Notes: generated from the letters alone by a model not told the origin. 32,000 bases of DNA from Wallemia ichthyophaga EXF-994 (GCF_000400465.1 NW_008806286.1:113865-145864), one strand, 5' to 3'; numbered from the stretch's first letter, positions 10,545 through 22,846 are shown. A program made the numbers and translations.

Positions 10545-11526
10545 TCACACTGCCATTTGCATCTGCGAAAAGTGAGACAGTAAGCAGAAAGTTATACGGA
10601 TGACCCACAGGAATTTTAGCATGAGGGTTGTAACCATCAACGACAAAGTCATCAAAGGTGAAGCTGTCGATATCTTGAACGTTCCTCTTGAACTGCAGCT
10701 TTGGGAGTGGCCGTGGCTCTCTCTCTAGCTGTGTGCGCAGAGCGTCGATGTGGTTCGAGTATACGTGTGCATCTCCGAGCTGAATGATGAGTTCGTGAGC
10801 ATCAGTTTGGGTGACATGAGCAATCATGTGGGTCAGCAGCGCGTAAGAGGCTATATTGAAAGGTATACCTAGTCCCAAATCTGCTGAGCGTTGATAGAGG
10901 AGGCAAGAGAGTTTCTTTTTCCCGCTTTCGTGGTTGGTATGGCTACTAGCACTATCACCCCCATCACCGCTATTCGGGTCGGTGACGTAGAACTGTGCAA
11001 GCACGTGACAAGGCGGGAGAGCCATCTGTGGGATATCCAGAGGGTTCCAGGCGCTCAATATGATACGCCTGTCGTAGGGATTAGTTTTGATAGTATTTAT
11101 GACCTGTGCGAGTTGATCGACGCCTTCGCCGGTGTAATCGTGAGCTGGGCCTTGATAGGAAGCCCCGAAATGCCTCCATTGGAAGCCATACACGGGACCG
11201 AGGTCACCCACTTCTCTATCGTGAAAACCGAGTTTATCGAGAAAGTGTCTGCTGCCATTCCCGTCCCAAATCTTGACGCCCTTATCGCTGAGCTGATTGG
11301 CGTGGGTACTGCCACTGATAAACCACAGCAACTCCTCAGCAACACCGCGCCAGAAAACGCGTTTAGTCGTTAGCAGTGGCAGTGTGTTGTCTGAGAGGGT
11401 GAAACGCATGTTCTGGGGAGCGAAGAGGGAGATGGTTCCTGTGCCTGTTCTATCGCCGCGACTGTTGCCGTGATCAAGAACACGCCGGATCAAATCGAGG
11501 TACGCGTCTTCGTTGAGTAAATCCAT
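10545..11526 (-). CDS. CDC21: Thymidylate synthase (311 aa; exons 11526-10609, 10562-10545)
   Basis: Motifs DRTGTGT, LTTKRVFWRGVAEELLWF, GPVYGFQWRH, catalytic PPCH and YQRSADLGLGIPFNIASY. A 46-nt intron (GTGGGT..GCAG) restores the C-terminus HAKIP-MQMAV*. Confidence 0.97.
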
Positions 11527-11609
11527 TTGTGTTGGTTTTGCAGGTTGCTGGTCGACGTCGAAGAGTTGGGAGTTGTTAGGAGAGATATAAATTAAAAATA
11601 AAAGTAATT
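11527..11609. promoter_or_regulatory. 83-bp divergent promoter region between thymidylate synthase and PPG1
   Basis: Head-to-head start codons at 11526 (-) and 11610 (+). Contains an A/T tract (11585-11609) and the palindrome TCGACGTCGA (11552-11561). Confidence 0.6.
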
Positions 11610-12596
11610 ATGGTGCGTATATTGTAGGTATCTGTAGCACCCACTCACGCCCACGCTCAGCCCTATTTGGATCTCGATGTCTGTATCGAGAAATTACTAA
11701 AGAAGCAGCTGCTCGGTGAGGCTCTGATAAAGGAAATCTGCGAGCGTACCAAGCAGGTGCTCATGCGGGAATCTAACGTCGTGCACATATCTGCGCCAGT
11801 CACCGTCGTCGGCGATATCCATGGACAGTTCTACGACTTGATTGAACTTATGAGGATCGGCGGGTATTCCCCACACACCAATTACCTTTTCCTCGGTGAT
11901 TACGTTGATCGTGGTCTCTTCAGCGTGGAGACTATTTCACTCCTCACCTGCCTCAAACTGCGATATCCAGACAGAGTACAGTTGATACGCGGAAACCATG
12001 AATCTAGAGCTGTCACTCAGACTTACGGTTTCTACGTTGAATGCCTCAAGAAATACGGCTCTCCCACAGTCTGGACGGCTTTCACGGATATGTTCGACTA
12101 TCTCACTCTCAGCGTCGTTATTGATAATCGTATCTTCTGCGTCCACGGCGGTCTCTCTCCCTCCATCCACACCCTCGATCAAATAAAGATTATCGACAGG
12201 TTCAGAGAAATACCCCATGAAGGTCCTATGGCCGATCTCGTTTGGTCTGACCCTGATCCTGGTAAAGAGGAGTTCGCCATCTCTCCTAGAGGCGCTGGCT
12301 ACACTTTCGGTTCTCAAGTCGTGAAAAAATTCCTTCAGATGAACGATATGCAGCACATTCTCCGCGCTCACCAACTCTGTATGGAAGGTTACAGTGTTCT
12401 CTTCGATGACGAGCTCAGCACAGTTTGGAGCGCCCCCAATTACTGCTATAGATGCGGCAACAACGCTAGTATCCTCGAAGTCGGACCAAATGGCCAGAGA
12501 CACTTTAATGTCTTTGAAGCTGCACCGGAAAATGAGAGAGATGGTCCTTTACAAATTCAAAATCAAGAAGCTCGGGAGGTCAGTTACTTTTTATAA
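11610..12596 (+). CDS. PPG1: PP2A-family Ser/Thr phosphatase PPG1 (312 aa; exons 11610-11612, 11661-12596)
   Basis: Motifs GDIHGQ, GDYVDRG, RGNHE and C-terminal [37 protein letters not shown] is PPG1-type. The ORF track starts at TTG; an ATG-only exon plus a 48-nt GTGCGT..CAG intron gives MPYLDLD. Confidence 0.9.
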
Positions 12597-12697
12597 TCAT
12601 TATCATGTGCATGTGTAATTTAATCAACATATCAATATATCCTACTTTCTACCTATTTATAGTAGTAGCTTGGGTATCATTTATTGCTTTCCTTTGC

Positions 12698-13892
12698 TTA
12701 GGCCAACTCATCTATCAACTTGGCCCGTACTTGCAGAAACTCCTCCCAACGCGATGGCTGATAGGAAGATTTGAAAGCGTCTGTGAAACACCAACGTTGA
12801 GACAACAGAGAATTAGATAATGAGTTTTTGTCAGTGCTGTTATCTTTAGCAGTTTCAATACGCTGATGTCTCTGAGCACGAGCAGCGGCCTGACGGGGTG
12901 TCTGATTCGACGGTGTTGTGTTCCTCTTGACGGTCTTCTGGGGAGTGGAAGTGATGGAAGTGACTGAAGGTTTCTGGGGAGTAGTTCTGCGCGACTGGAG
13001 GTCTTTGAGAGCGTCATTGGTACGAGCGGGACGTTGAGCAGCAGCAGCAGTCTTTGCCGTTTTTATCACAGCCTGTTCCGCTGCATTGCGTCTGCGCTTA
13101 GTCGGCGTTGCTAGACTCTGTTCGAGACCGACTTCGCGCTTCGGTGATGTCTTTTCGAGCGTTCGGCCCGTCTTTCTGAGCGCCTCGAGCTGATCGCGCG
13201 CGTAGAAATCTGCATCCTCGCAATACTTCCTGAATGTATGACCGGTAAGCTGCCAATCGGAGGCGAATTGATTGCGTGTAGGAAGTTCATCTATCTGAAA
13301 GGTGAATGGTGTGATTAGTAGCAGTAAGAATAGTAACGGGTATACACACATTCAATGCGGCAGCCATTGACCAGAATAGGGCACCAATAAGCTCATTCTT
13401 ATACTGACCCTTTGTATTGTCGATGTAAAGCTGCTGCTTGGCGGGGACAGCGCCCGCATAAAAAGCATCCATCAACTGGGTGACATCATCGATGCGCGAC
13501 TTTGGCATTTCGAATTCTTCGACAAGTTCATCTGCAGTGAGGGGAATTTTAGAGGCGTCGTTTGGCGCGCTAACTGGGTTAAGTGGATTTTGTGCCTCGG
13601 GTGCCTCTTGTGGAACAAGAAGCTTCCTGCACGCTTGAACAACCAATTGAAAGTCCTTGGGACGGATTGCAGATCTGGAAAGAGCGATAGACTCATCGAA
13701 TTGGCTGGATAATCCTTGTTGCTCTGCTGCCAGCATCGTACAGACCCAGGGAATAGCTGTGGTACCACCTTTGAGCTCGTGTGAGCCACCTGGCTTTGTC
13801 GCCTTCCTCGCAGCTCTACAGAATTTATCGGCTGTGACTATGATTGTGTCATCAACGACGTCTACAAGTGATTTACGTTCGATACGTTCCAT
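12698..13892 (-). CDS. Origin recognition complex subunit 6-like protein (~379 aa; exons 13892-13350, 13294-12698)
   Basis: A 55-nt intron GTGTGT..CTAAT..TTCAG joins two ORFs. The N-terminal helical region (RKATKPGGSHELKGGTTAIPWVCTMLAAEQ..SAIRPKDFQLVVQACRKLL) resembles fungal ORC6 from memory. The tail is rich in basic TP/SP CDK-type sites. Confidence 0.55.
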
Positions 13893-14328
13893 TGGTGGTG
13901 GTGAGTTGGAAAGGGAGTGTAACACGTAGATATATTTTGTTTATTTAAAGTCATATTTACATTTACATTTACTTTTAATTCACATCTCCAGGCTGTTTGC
14001 TACATCTTCAATGTGTGCTACGTGTTCAGGCATTTGTAAATATAACTATAAGTTTAAATACAAAAACACGAAAATAAATATAAAACGCGCTTATTCCATC
14101 TTTACAACATTCCCGCGCTCATTCTCGTCGCTAGTTTGAGTTGGGGATGTATAAAGTGATTGGACGTGATTGGTGAGTAATTTGAAATAATGCAAGTACA
14201 ATTAAACAATTTCCTTTACTCAGATTCCATCCGCCTCCACACGCGATCTAGAACTTGTCATCTCCGCAGTTACCACGTTGAACCTCGACTTCCATCAGCC
14301 ACCAAACTCAGTTTAAACTTGCAACCCC

Positions 14329-16740
14329 ATGAAACCGTCTTTGCTACCGTTAGACGCTGGCCCAAGCGCTGTTCTCGAGAAGAGGTTGCTCGAATCGAGG
14401 AACAAGTCCAAGTACTTCACTACTTATGTATTCCGTATACCATTTAGCCATCGCTCAATCCCAATTCCCATCCCAAGGGTTTTTGAGCTTCTGGTTGACG
14501 ATTCTCCACCTCAACATATCTCCACGCGTTCCAGGCGATCTGAGCGTACTTTTCACTCCAAATTGAAGCTTTTGTTTCTCTTGGTTGTAGTTGCTTTCGC
14601 TGCAACTTTCATTTTTATCTCTTTCCTTCAAAAAGTGGCTCAAGATCATCAAATTGAACTTCCTTCCCCTTTTCAAGCCGCAACTACACTCCAATTCACC
14701 AACGATGAGCTTAAATTGTTTTGGTTGGCTGAAATTGACGCTGGTCGCTATCCTTCCAGTAGAAAACTCCCTGATTCCCTTCAATTTGACGATTACATCA
14801 AGAATCCTGCATTACCTACTTTCGAATACTTAGCACCTATCGTACAATCCCAAATCTTATCTTATTCTGATACCTCCACTTCTACTTCCCCTTACCCTCT
14901 CAACAACTCTGTTATCCCTATGGGTCCTAATCGCTACTACTACCACAGGGATAGCAGAGGCTCGGCTTATCCACCCCGCCCTATTCCATACTCTGCACTC
15001 GATTTGGATGTTGTTATGGAACACTGCGATTTTTCTACCCATCAATACGTTAGAGATTGTCTTGAGGTTCTCACTGTTGGTGCTGGTTTAGATGTTGGTA
15101 ACCACATTCACAGAGGAAAGCTCAACAATTGGTTGCACCACTTTACCACAAGCAACCCTCCTCAACAGAACCTCTCAAGTCTTCCTCAAATGAATCAGGA
15201 TAAACAGAGTGACAGTTGCGATCCAGAGAATCCAAGGATTTTTCACATGTTTTGGGCAGGTCCTTTCACAGACAAGCCTTATCTTGCTCTTCTTTCATTC
15301 CTTTATACGCAGAATCTTGGTTTACACGTCAAGAAGGGCACAGAGCAAAGTCAACCTGAAGCTTGTAAACCACAATTCTGGGTGTGGATCAATCCAGGAC
15401 CTGCTTCTTCAATACCAAACTCGAATGCCGTCACAAATATGTTCGAATCTCTTACGGCAAATCCATGGAGCTCGCCATTCCTTCATGATCGTTTCAACAA
15501 GTCGATCAAGTTCAAAATGTGGAACACTACCGAGCAACTTGACGGTGTGCCAGAGCTTGCGCCATACTGGAGAAATCATGAGTTATTCAACTCTGGCGGT
15601 GTGCGTTATGGTAGTCCAAAGAAGCAAGAGAATCAATCACAGCCAAAAAAGAATGAACAGGTAGATGAACAAAGAAAGAATCGTGAAGCAGAGGAGGACG
15701 ATGCTGCACAAGCAGCTGCAGAGAAAGTTGAAAATAACAAAAACACCCTAAATGCCCCAGTTGGGGGGTTGGATGAGGAAGATGGTACAATGGAAAATAG
15801 AGTTGGATCAACATCTGATTCTAACTATGATCGTATCACTGTGGTTCTTTCGGATATGGCTAGATTCATACTCACGCATCGCTTCGGTGGTATCTATATT
15901 GACGCTGATACACTCTTTTTGAGAGATTGGGAGGAACTTTGGGGATGGAGTGGTGCATTCGCGTATAGATGGTCAAGACTTGAAAGTTATAACACAGCTG
16001 TGTACAAGATGCACAAAAACTCTCAACTCGGTAGCTTCCTCTTCAAGACGGCATTAGCGAATGGGTTTGATTTCCATCCTATGACGATTAGTAAATACAC
16101 TAGAGAAGCGCAACTCGATAATTTGCTGCTGCGACTTCCGGACGCCCTCTTTGATTCTGCGTGGCTCAACACGGAGAATTTCCAGATGGACCGGCCGCCG
16201 TTCCCATTTTTAAAGGAGTGAGTTGGGTGGAGTTGGAGTGTGAGAGAGGTTTTGAGCTTACAATTATTTTAGGTTTAAGCATCTCTTTGAAACACCTCCA
16301 TTAGACTCGTCAGCACCGTCAGCTGGTGGATTTGAATCATTTTACAGAGTGAGCATGGTGTTTGTTGAGTTGATTATAATACTCATAAGAATAATTAGGG
16401 TGCTTTTTCTTACCACTTCCACAACCACTGGTGGTTGCCTTTCGATCCATCGCGGAATTTCCCAGATCTTGGAACAAGATTTTCAGCTGGAGAGGAGATA
16501 GCTCGCAGCGAGCTGAGGAAGGGTGCCGGAGCAGCGCCTGTGAATCCAGGGCCAAAGAAGCCATCGAAGCAGGATGATTTGCAGCACGCATTTGCAGGTG
16601 ATAAAGATAGGACAATAGAGATGGAGGAATCACAGACGAGCGAGGAACATGATCTCAGCTGGTCGACGATAATCAAGCGTACATTTGAGGCGTATATCCG
16701 TGGGGAGCGGCCTAATATGTATGGAGAGTACATTGCGTGA
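14329..16740 (+). CDS. Type II membrane glycosyltransferase, GT32-like (~768 aa; exons 14329-16217, 16273-16348, 16399-16740)
   Basis: Single N-terminal TM (LLFLLVVVAFAATFIFISFL), FHMFWAGPF, and SDMARFILTHRFGGIYIDAD (DxD). Introns 16218-16272 and 16349-16398 continue the frame to GAFSYHFHNHWW..GERPNMYGEYIA*. Confidence 0.8.
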
Positions 16741-16917
16741 GTGTTCGATCAGGTTTAAATACACATAACACACCTAACACACTGCACAGATGGTAGATAA
16801 AAGATACATTGATACATTTTATAGTTTGTATTATTTTGTTTAATAATAGTTTATATATTTTTATTTCAAGCGTCTTCTGCGTGTTGACATAGCTACAATC
16901 GTTATCTACAATCCATC

Positions 16918-18788
16918 ATGGTCCTCAGTTCGCTCAACGAGACAGATGGTATGTTAAATTAAAATAATTAATTTAAATTTTAATGTTGATTTTAACTTTC
17001 TCAGGGCCATCTCAGGCTTCTCAGATGCTTCTCGTTTCCCAGGCAATTGTATCTGAGCTGGTCCACGCCCAGGAAAAGGGATTATCTGTAAATCTGAATG
17101 ATGTCAGAGTTAAGCAATGCAAAAAGCTCAGAGTTACTGGAATGCCCAAGCTCGTTGACATTATTTCCGCAATTCCCGACGAGCACAAGAAGACACTACT
17201 GCCGATGCTCAAAGCCAGACCAATTAGATCTGCTTCTGGTGTGAGTCGTTGTGACTTGCTTACTTCCTCTTGCTCACCTCTCCTCAGATCGCCGTCGTCG
17301 CTCTAATGTGCAAGCCTCACAGATGCCCTCACATCGCCATGACAGGCAATGTCTGTGTGTATTGTCCAGGTGGCCCAGATTCAGACTTCGAATACAGCAC
17401 ACAATCTTACACAGGCTACGAGCCAACGTCTATGAGAGCCATTAGAGCGCGCTACGACCCCTACGAGCAGTCTAGAGGACGTGTCGAGCAGCTCAAAATG
17501 CTCGGCCACAGCGTCGATAAAGTCGAATATATTATCATGGGTGGTACTTTCATGTCCATGCCTGAAGACTACAGGAACAAATTCGTCGCTCAGATGCATA
17601 ACGCGCTCAGTGGCTACACGGGTACTGACATCGACGAGGCTGTCTCGTATTCTGAAAGGGCAAACACTAAATGCGTCGGTATAACTATCGAAACGAGACC
17701 TGATTACTGCTTGAAACCTCACCTAAGCCAGATGCTTAGATATGGATGTACTCGATTGGAAATTGGTGTTCAATCTGTTTATGAGGATGTTGCACGTGAT
17801 ACTAACCGTGGTCATACTGTTCGAGCAGTTTCAGAGAGTTTTCATTTAGCCAAAGATGCTGGTTACAAAGTTGTCGCTCATATGATGCCTGATTTGCCTA
17901 ATGTCGGTGTTGAACGTGATTTAGAACAGTTCAAGGAATATTTCGAGAATCCTGCGTTCAGATCTGATGGTTTGAAGATCTATCCGACGTTGGTTATTCG
18001 TGGTACTGGATTATATGAGCTTTGGAGGACTGGCAAGTACAAGAACTACACGCCGAATGCGCTTGTGGATATAGTCGCGCGCATTCTAGCACTCGTTCCT
18101 CCATGGACGAGAGTTTATCGTGTACAACGCGATATACCAATGCCGCTGGTTTCTTCTGGAGTTGAAAATGGCAATTTGCGCGAGATGGCCCTCGCAAGAA
18201 TGAAGGATTTTGGTACAGAGTGTCGCGACGTCCGATACAGAGAGGTCGGTATACACGAGATACACCACAAGGTGAGGCCATCGGAGGTAGAGCTGATCCG
18301 CAGGGACTACACGGCAAATGGTGGCTGGGAGACGTTCCTGTCTTACGAAGATCCGGAAAAAGATATACTCGTCGGGTTGCTCAGACTGAGGAAATGCTCG
18401 GAGGAGGGTACATTCAGAAAGGAGCTTGTAGATACAGATGAGAAGACGGGACAGAAACGCTACGCGTCTATGGTCGTGAGTTGGCGTGAGTAAAATTTGC
18501 ATTCACTGAAACATTCCGCAGAGAGAGCTACATGTGTACGGTACAGCTATACCGGTGCACGGACGTGATCCAACCAAGTTTCAGCATCAAGTGAGTTGAG
18601 TACTGCGCATTTAATTTAGCTGACCGTGATAGGGTTTCGGAACACTGCTGATGGAGGAAGCAGCGAGGATCGCCAAAGAGGAGCACGGCAGCCATAGGCT
18701 GGCTGTAATTTCAGGTGTGGGGACTAGAGATTACTATAGACGACTGGGATATAAGCTGGATGGTGTGTATATGGTGAAAGATGTTTGA
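16918..18788 (+). CDS. ELP3: Elongator complex protein 3, radical SAM/acetyltransferase (559 aa; exons 16918-16948, 17005-17240, 17288-18475, 18522-18590, 18633-18788)
   Basis: Motifs [63 protein letters not shown] and [15 protein letters not shown]. Four GT-AG introns restore a full-length ELP3. Confidence 0.97.
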
Positions 18789-18918
18789 AAGGAGTAGTGT
18801 AAAAGATATTTAAATATATATTGAAATTACACTAATGACGTAAATGATATTCGCAGCTGCTGCGTATCTCGCCGATATTTTTTAATTTTTCCGCAGTAGA
18901 ACTAAATGATTTAGCTCA

Positions 18919-19947
18919 ATGGGCTTCGCAGCAACAGCCAAGAGGAAATCAAGAGAAAACGCGATGAGTGGAAACCAGGATCAGATTGAGATAAAGACGC
19001 TCGAGACAGAGCGTAGGAGCAGTCCACCACCAGCACCAGCACCGCAATCACACAAGCCAAAACTGAGTCCATACGTTATCATCCCCATTTGGATAGCACT
19101 CAGCTCAAGCGTAATACTCTATAACAAAGCAATCCTCGATTCTTTCCACTTTAAATATCCCGTCTTCTTAGTCACATATCATTTGACGATTTCTACTATC
19201 GGTACACGGGTTTTAGCAAAATTCACCAATCTATTGCCAGATTTGAAAGATGTAAATATGACAAAGGAAATCTGGGTTAAGAAAATACTCCCAATTGGTG
19301 TCTTCTTCTCCGGTTCTCTGATCTTTTCAAACACGGCGTATATGTACCTGAGTGTATCGTTTATTCAGATGCTTAAGGCTTTTACTCCGGTGGCTATCCT
19401 CGTTGTCTCCTCTGCATTCGGACTTAGCGCAATGGACAAGAAGACATTCGGTATCGTATCAATGATCTCATCAGGTGTCTGTATCGCTTCATTCGGTGAA
19501 GCTGCCTGGAATACAACTGGTTTCGCTGTACAAGTCATAGCTATCCTATTAGAAGCTTCAAGATTAGTCATGATTCAACTCATCTTGACTAATTTGAAGA
19601 TGAGTCCACTCACATCAATGTACTTCTTCGCTCCAGTGTGCGCTGTTATCAACGCATGTATCCTACCATTCACAGAAGGCTGGGCACCTTTCGTTCACTT
19701 GAAGGATCTAGGGGGTATTGTTTTAGCTACCAACGCATCAGTCGCATTTGGATTAAATGTCGCAGCTGTTTTCTTGATTGGTGCTGCATCTTCATTGGTG
19801 CTCACACTCGCAGGTATTGGTAAGGATCTACTGTTGATTGCAGGATCTGCTATCATATTCGGTGGCTACCCAACTGTACTTCAATTATTTGGTTACTCGA
19901 TTGCTCTAGGTGGTCTTGTCTTATTCAAAACCCAAGGTAAGAAGTAA
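18919..19947 (+). CDS. Triose-phosphate/nucleotide-sugar transporter family protein (TPT, Cas4-like; 342 aa)
   Basis: About 10 hydrophobic segments. WIALSSSVILYNK, YLSVSFIQMLKAFTPV, and LTLAGIGKD are typical TPT motifs. Confidence 0.88.
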   Translation: MGFAATAKRKSRENAMSGNQDQIEIKTLETERRSSPPPAPAPQSHKPKLSPYVIIPIWIALSSSVILYNKAILDSFHFKYPVFLVTYHLTISTIGTRVLAKFTNLLPDLKDVNMTKEIWVKKILPIGVFFSGSLIFSNTAYMYLSVSFIQMLKAFTPVAILVVSSAFGLSAMDKKTFGIVSMISSGVCIASFGEAAWNTTGFAVQVIAILLEASRLVMIQLILTNLKMSPLTSMYFFAPVCAVINACILPFTEGWAPFVHLKDLGGIVLATNASVAFGLNVAAVFLIGAASSLVLTLAGIGKDLLLIAGSAIIFGGYPTVLQLFGYSIALGGLVLFKTQGKK

Positions 19948-20042
19948 AAAAACCTTAATCAAGTTTTTATTATTTGTAATTTTCATGAAAATAGACGTAT
20001 ATTGCATCATAATTCTGTTATCCTTGTTATCCTACAATAGCC

Positions 20043-22846
20043 ATGATGAAATTTGATAAAGTTGATGGATTTCAATTAGGACAGGGGAATTTTAATGTAA
20101 ATAATACTTCCAACACCCCACCATCAAAGCGCCAGAAGATATCAGATAGCGATCGTAGCCATCATAAGCCGGGATCAATCACTCTCCAGCTCAAACCCCT
20201 ATCACTCCGTTCTCCCCCCAAATCCCACGAAAGCAACTGCTACAGATCGATTACTAACTTTATTGGCTGCTTGATTGATAATAACCTCCCTAATCATCTC
20301 AAAGTTGAAACTCTACAGTCAAATGTAAGAGATTTGATGAGGATTTATCTCAAATCTTCGGATTTGTATGGCTTTATATTGAGAGAAGTACGCAGAGGTT
20401 TGGCTGCTCTCAAACCTCAATCATTCAATCAGGACGAGCATTCTGGTCTATTTATTCGCAGTATCAGTGAAATCTACTCAAAATCAGAAAGCTGGATGGT
20501 GCGTTTGATTGCTCTACTCTCAATTTATCTAACAATCTCATTTAGAAAGTTATCAGATACGTCTTTGCTGATCTCGATAGATGTTATGCCTCCAAAACGT
20601 CTGGTGTGCAACCGTTTCAAGTTCAAATAGAACATCTGTTTAGAGAAATTATCCTCAATGACTCTCATATCTATAAATGGCTTTTTATCGATCTGAACAA
20701 TTGCCTGGTAAAAGTCAGACAATCTCTTAGTTTCCTCACAAACATACACCATCCCGAGGGATCAATCGAAAAAGCTATAAACACATCAAATCAACTCAAC
20801 GAGCTTGTTCAAGTACACAACCTCTACCAGCTCGCTAAATGTCTCGATTGGGAGCTGCCGGCCATTGCAAATGTCTATCTCCAGACTATGGATGATGTAA
20901 TCGAAAAGGTATGCGGAGTCGCTGTTGATCAGTCTCTCAAGGTCAATGATGTGGTGAACAAAATCTACTTGCACAATTCCTTTGAGGATGCAGTGAGTTG
21001 GAGGATCGATGAGCACTTTAGTTGGGACAACAGAAATCATATGGCTAGAAAATACTTGTCACTGACTTTCGACGGTATAGTTAAAGCAGGAGTTGAGGAA
21101 TTAATACCATATAGCTGGAATAACTCATCCAACAGAAGCACCATTGAGTACAATGAGATACCATCAATAACAACACCCAAGATAAGCTTGACAAGGGAGC
21201 TAAATGAAATAATCAGGCACACACCCTACAAAGAAGACTTTGATCTGCTGCTGCTGGAGAGAATCAACATCGTGATCAAGATGTTTGTGTCTAACGAGGA
21301 GAATGATCAGTATTTAATACTCGCCTTAATTGGAACTCTCAGAGAACTGAATAAATTCTATAGCCATGTGTTTGACATTCCCATCACATCAAGTTACTCG
21401 CAGTATAAGGAATCTTTCTCCAAGGGTTTACAGTTCAGAGCTAACAAGCCTGCCGAGATGATTGCAAAATTTTTGGATAGTCTGCTCAAAGATAAACGCG
21501 GACAGGGCGAGAATATGGAGAAGGTGGTTGATGGAGCTGTTGAACTTTTCCGTATTGTCAAAGATAAGGATATGTTTTCGGCATTCTACACACTCTCATT
21601 AGCAAGAAGACTTGTGAAGAATACTTCAGCTTCCAATGATAATGAGAGGGATTTAATCAGTAGAATTACCAAAGTAGCTGGATCAGATTTCACTCAGAAG
21701 TGAGTTGACTTTGCTTCTTAGGAAGAGATATTAACGCGCTGATGTAGCTGGGAAGAGATGATGAAAGATATTGAGATTTCCGATGAAATTTCGAACAAAT
21801 TCAGAGATGCTCATCAGACGAAACTCCAAAGAGCTACCATCGTCCAAGCTGCAAGATGGCCATTTAAGGGGCAGCATCTTTCGCTGAGGGTGAAGGATAT
21901 GGCAGATAAGGATGCATCAGAAGTTGCTAAACAGGCGCATATCTCACAAGGTGATGTAACGATACCGCAATGGGTGAGTGTTTGATTATCGGGAGGATGT
22001 CAACTAAATTATTAAACAACACAAACAACTCCACAGATGACAGAAGAGTTGGTCGAATTCACTCAGTATTATCAGGGCGTACATGCCAACAGATGTCTCA
22101 CATGGAACCATTCCTTGGCTGAGGTTAGTTTGAACGGCGAGTTTGAATCGAACGGAGGCGAGAGGAGTGAGAAAGAGATAATAATGCCGCTACCTGCTTC
22201 ACTGATATTGATGGTGTTCAATGATAAAGACGAGGGAGAGAAAGTAAGTTACGATGAGCTAGCACAATCAACTGGACTACGTGGGTCAACATGTTAGTTT
22301 CTCTAACCTGCTTACACGTCACAGCCGAGGGAGAGCTGAAGAGGATGCTGCAATCGCTGTCATTCGGTAAAGTAAAGCTGCTGCAGAGGTTCAAGAAGAA
22401 AGATAGCTGGGCGGGCAAGGAGATAAAGTCGAGCGATAGCTTTGCAGTCGTGAAGGTGCTCGAGCATCCAAGAAAGAGGTTTAGACTGCCGATCATAACG
22501 GCCGAAGTAGATGTAAGTGGGGGTGGTAAATGCGCTCGTGCGCACATGATTAACTAGCAGCTGATATGACTCTCAGGTCGAAGAATCTAAAGAAACGACA
22601 GCTGAAGTTGAGTCAGCTAGAGTGTTTGCATTGCAAGCATCTGCAGTGAGAGTCTTAAAGGCTAGGAAGAAGATCAATGTGAATGAGCTTATCCACGAGG
22701 TGATTGCGGATATTGAGAAAAGATTGACACTGAAGAATGAGATGGGATTGGCGAAGCAGATTAAGCAGACGATTGAAGGGCTGATTGAGAAGGATTATGC
22801 AGAGAGGATAGAAGGGCAAAGAAATATGCTACAGTATGTCGCCTAG
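20043..22846 (+). CDS. Cullin, most like cullin-4, divergent (~845 aa; exons 20043-20498, 20546-21699, 21748-21973, 22037-22280, 22325-22512, 22577-22846)
   Basis: Motifs KPAEMIAKFLD, KDMFSAFY..LARRL..SASNDNE, WNHSL and the neddylation domain LQASAVRVLKARK..LIEKDYAER. Five GT-AG introns join the ORF-track fragments in frame. Confidence 0.85.

Noticed and set aside
10891-12503. Long antisense ORFs (10891-11373 +, 11937-12503 -)
   Set aside because: Shadow frames of the conserved TS and PPG1 coding sequences, with no recognisable motifs.
12698-13925. Overlapping ORF pairs suggesting programmed frameshifts or pseudogenes (also in the cullin, BTB, ELP3 and CDA genes)
   Set aside because: Each break is resolved by a canonical 42-64 nt GT-AG intron.
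14084-14120. MCB-like ACGCG/CGCG words upstream of the ORC6-like gene
   Set aside because: Not a full ACGCGT, and such short words are frequent by chance. Conservation data would be needed.
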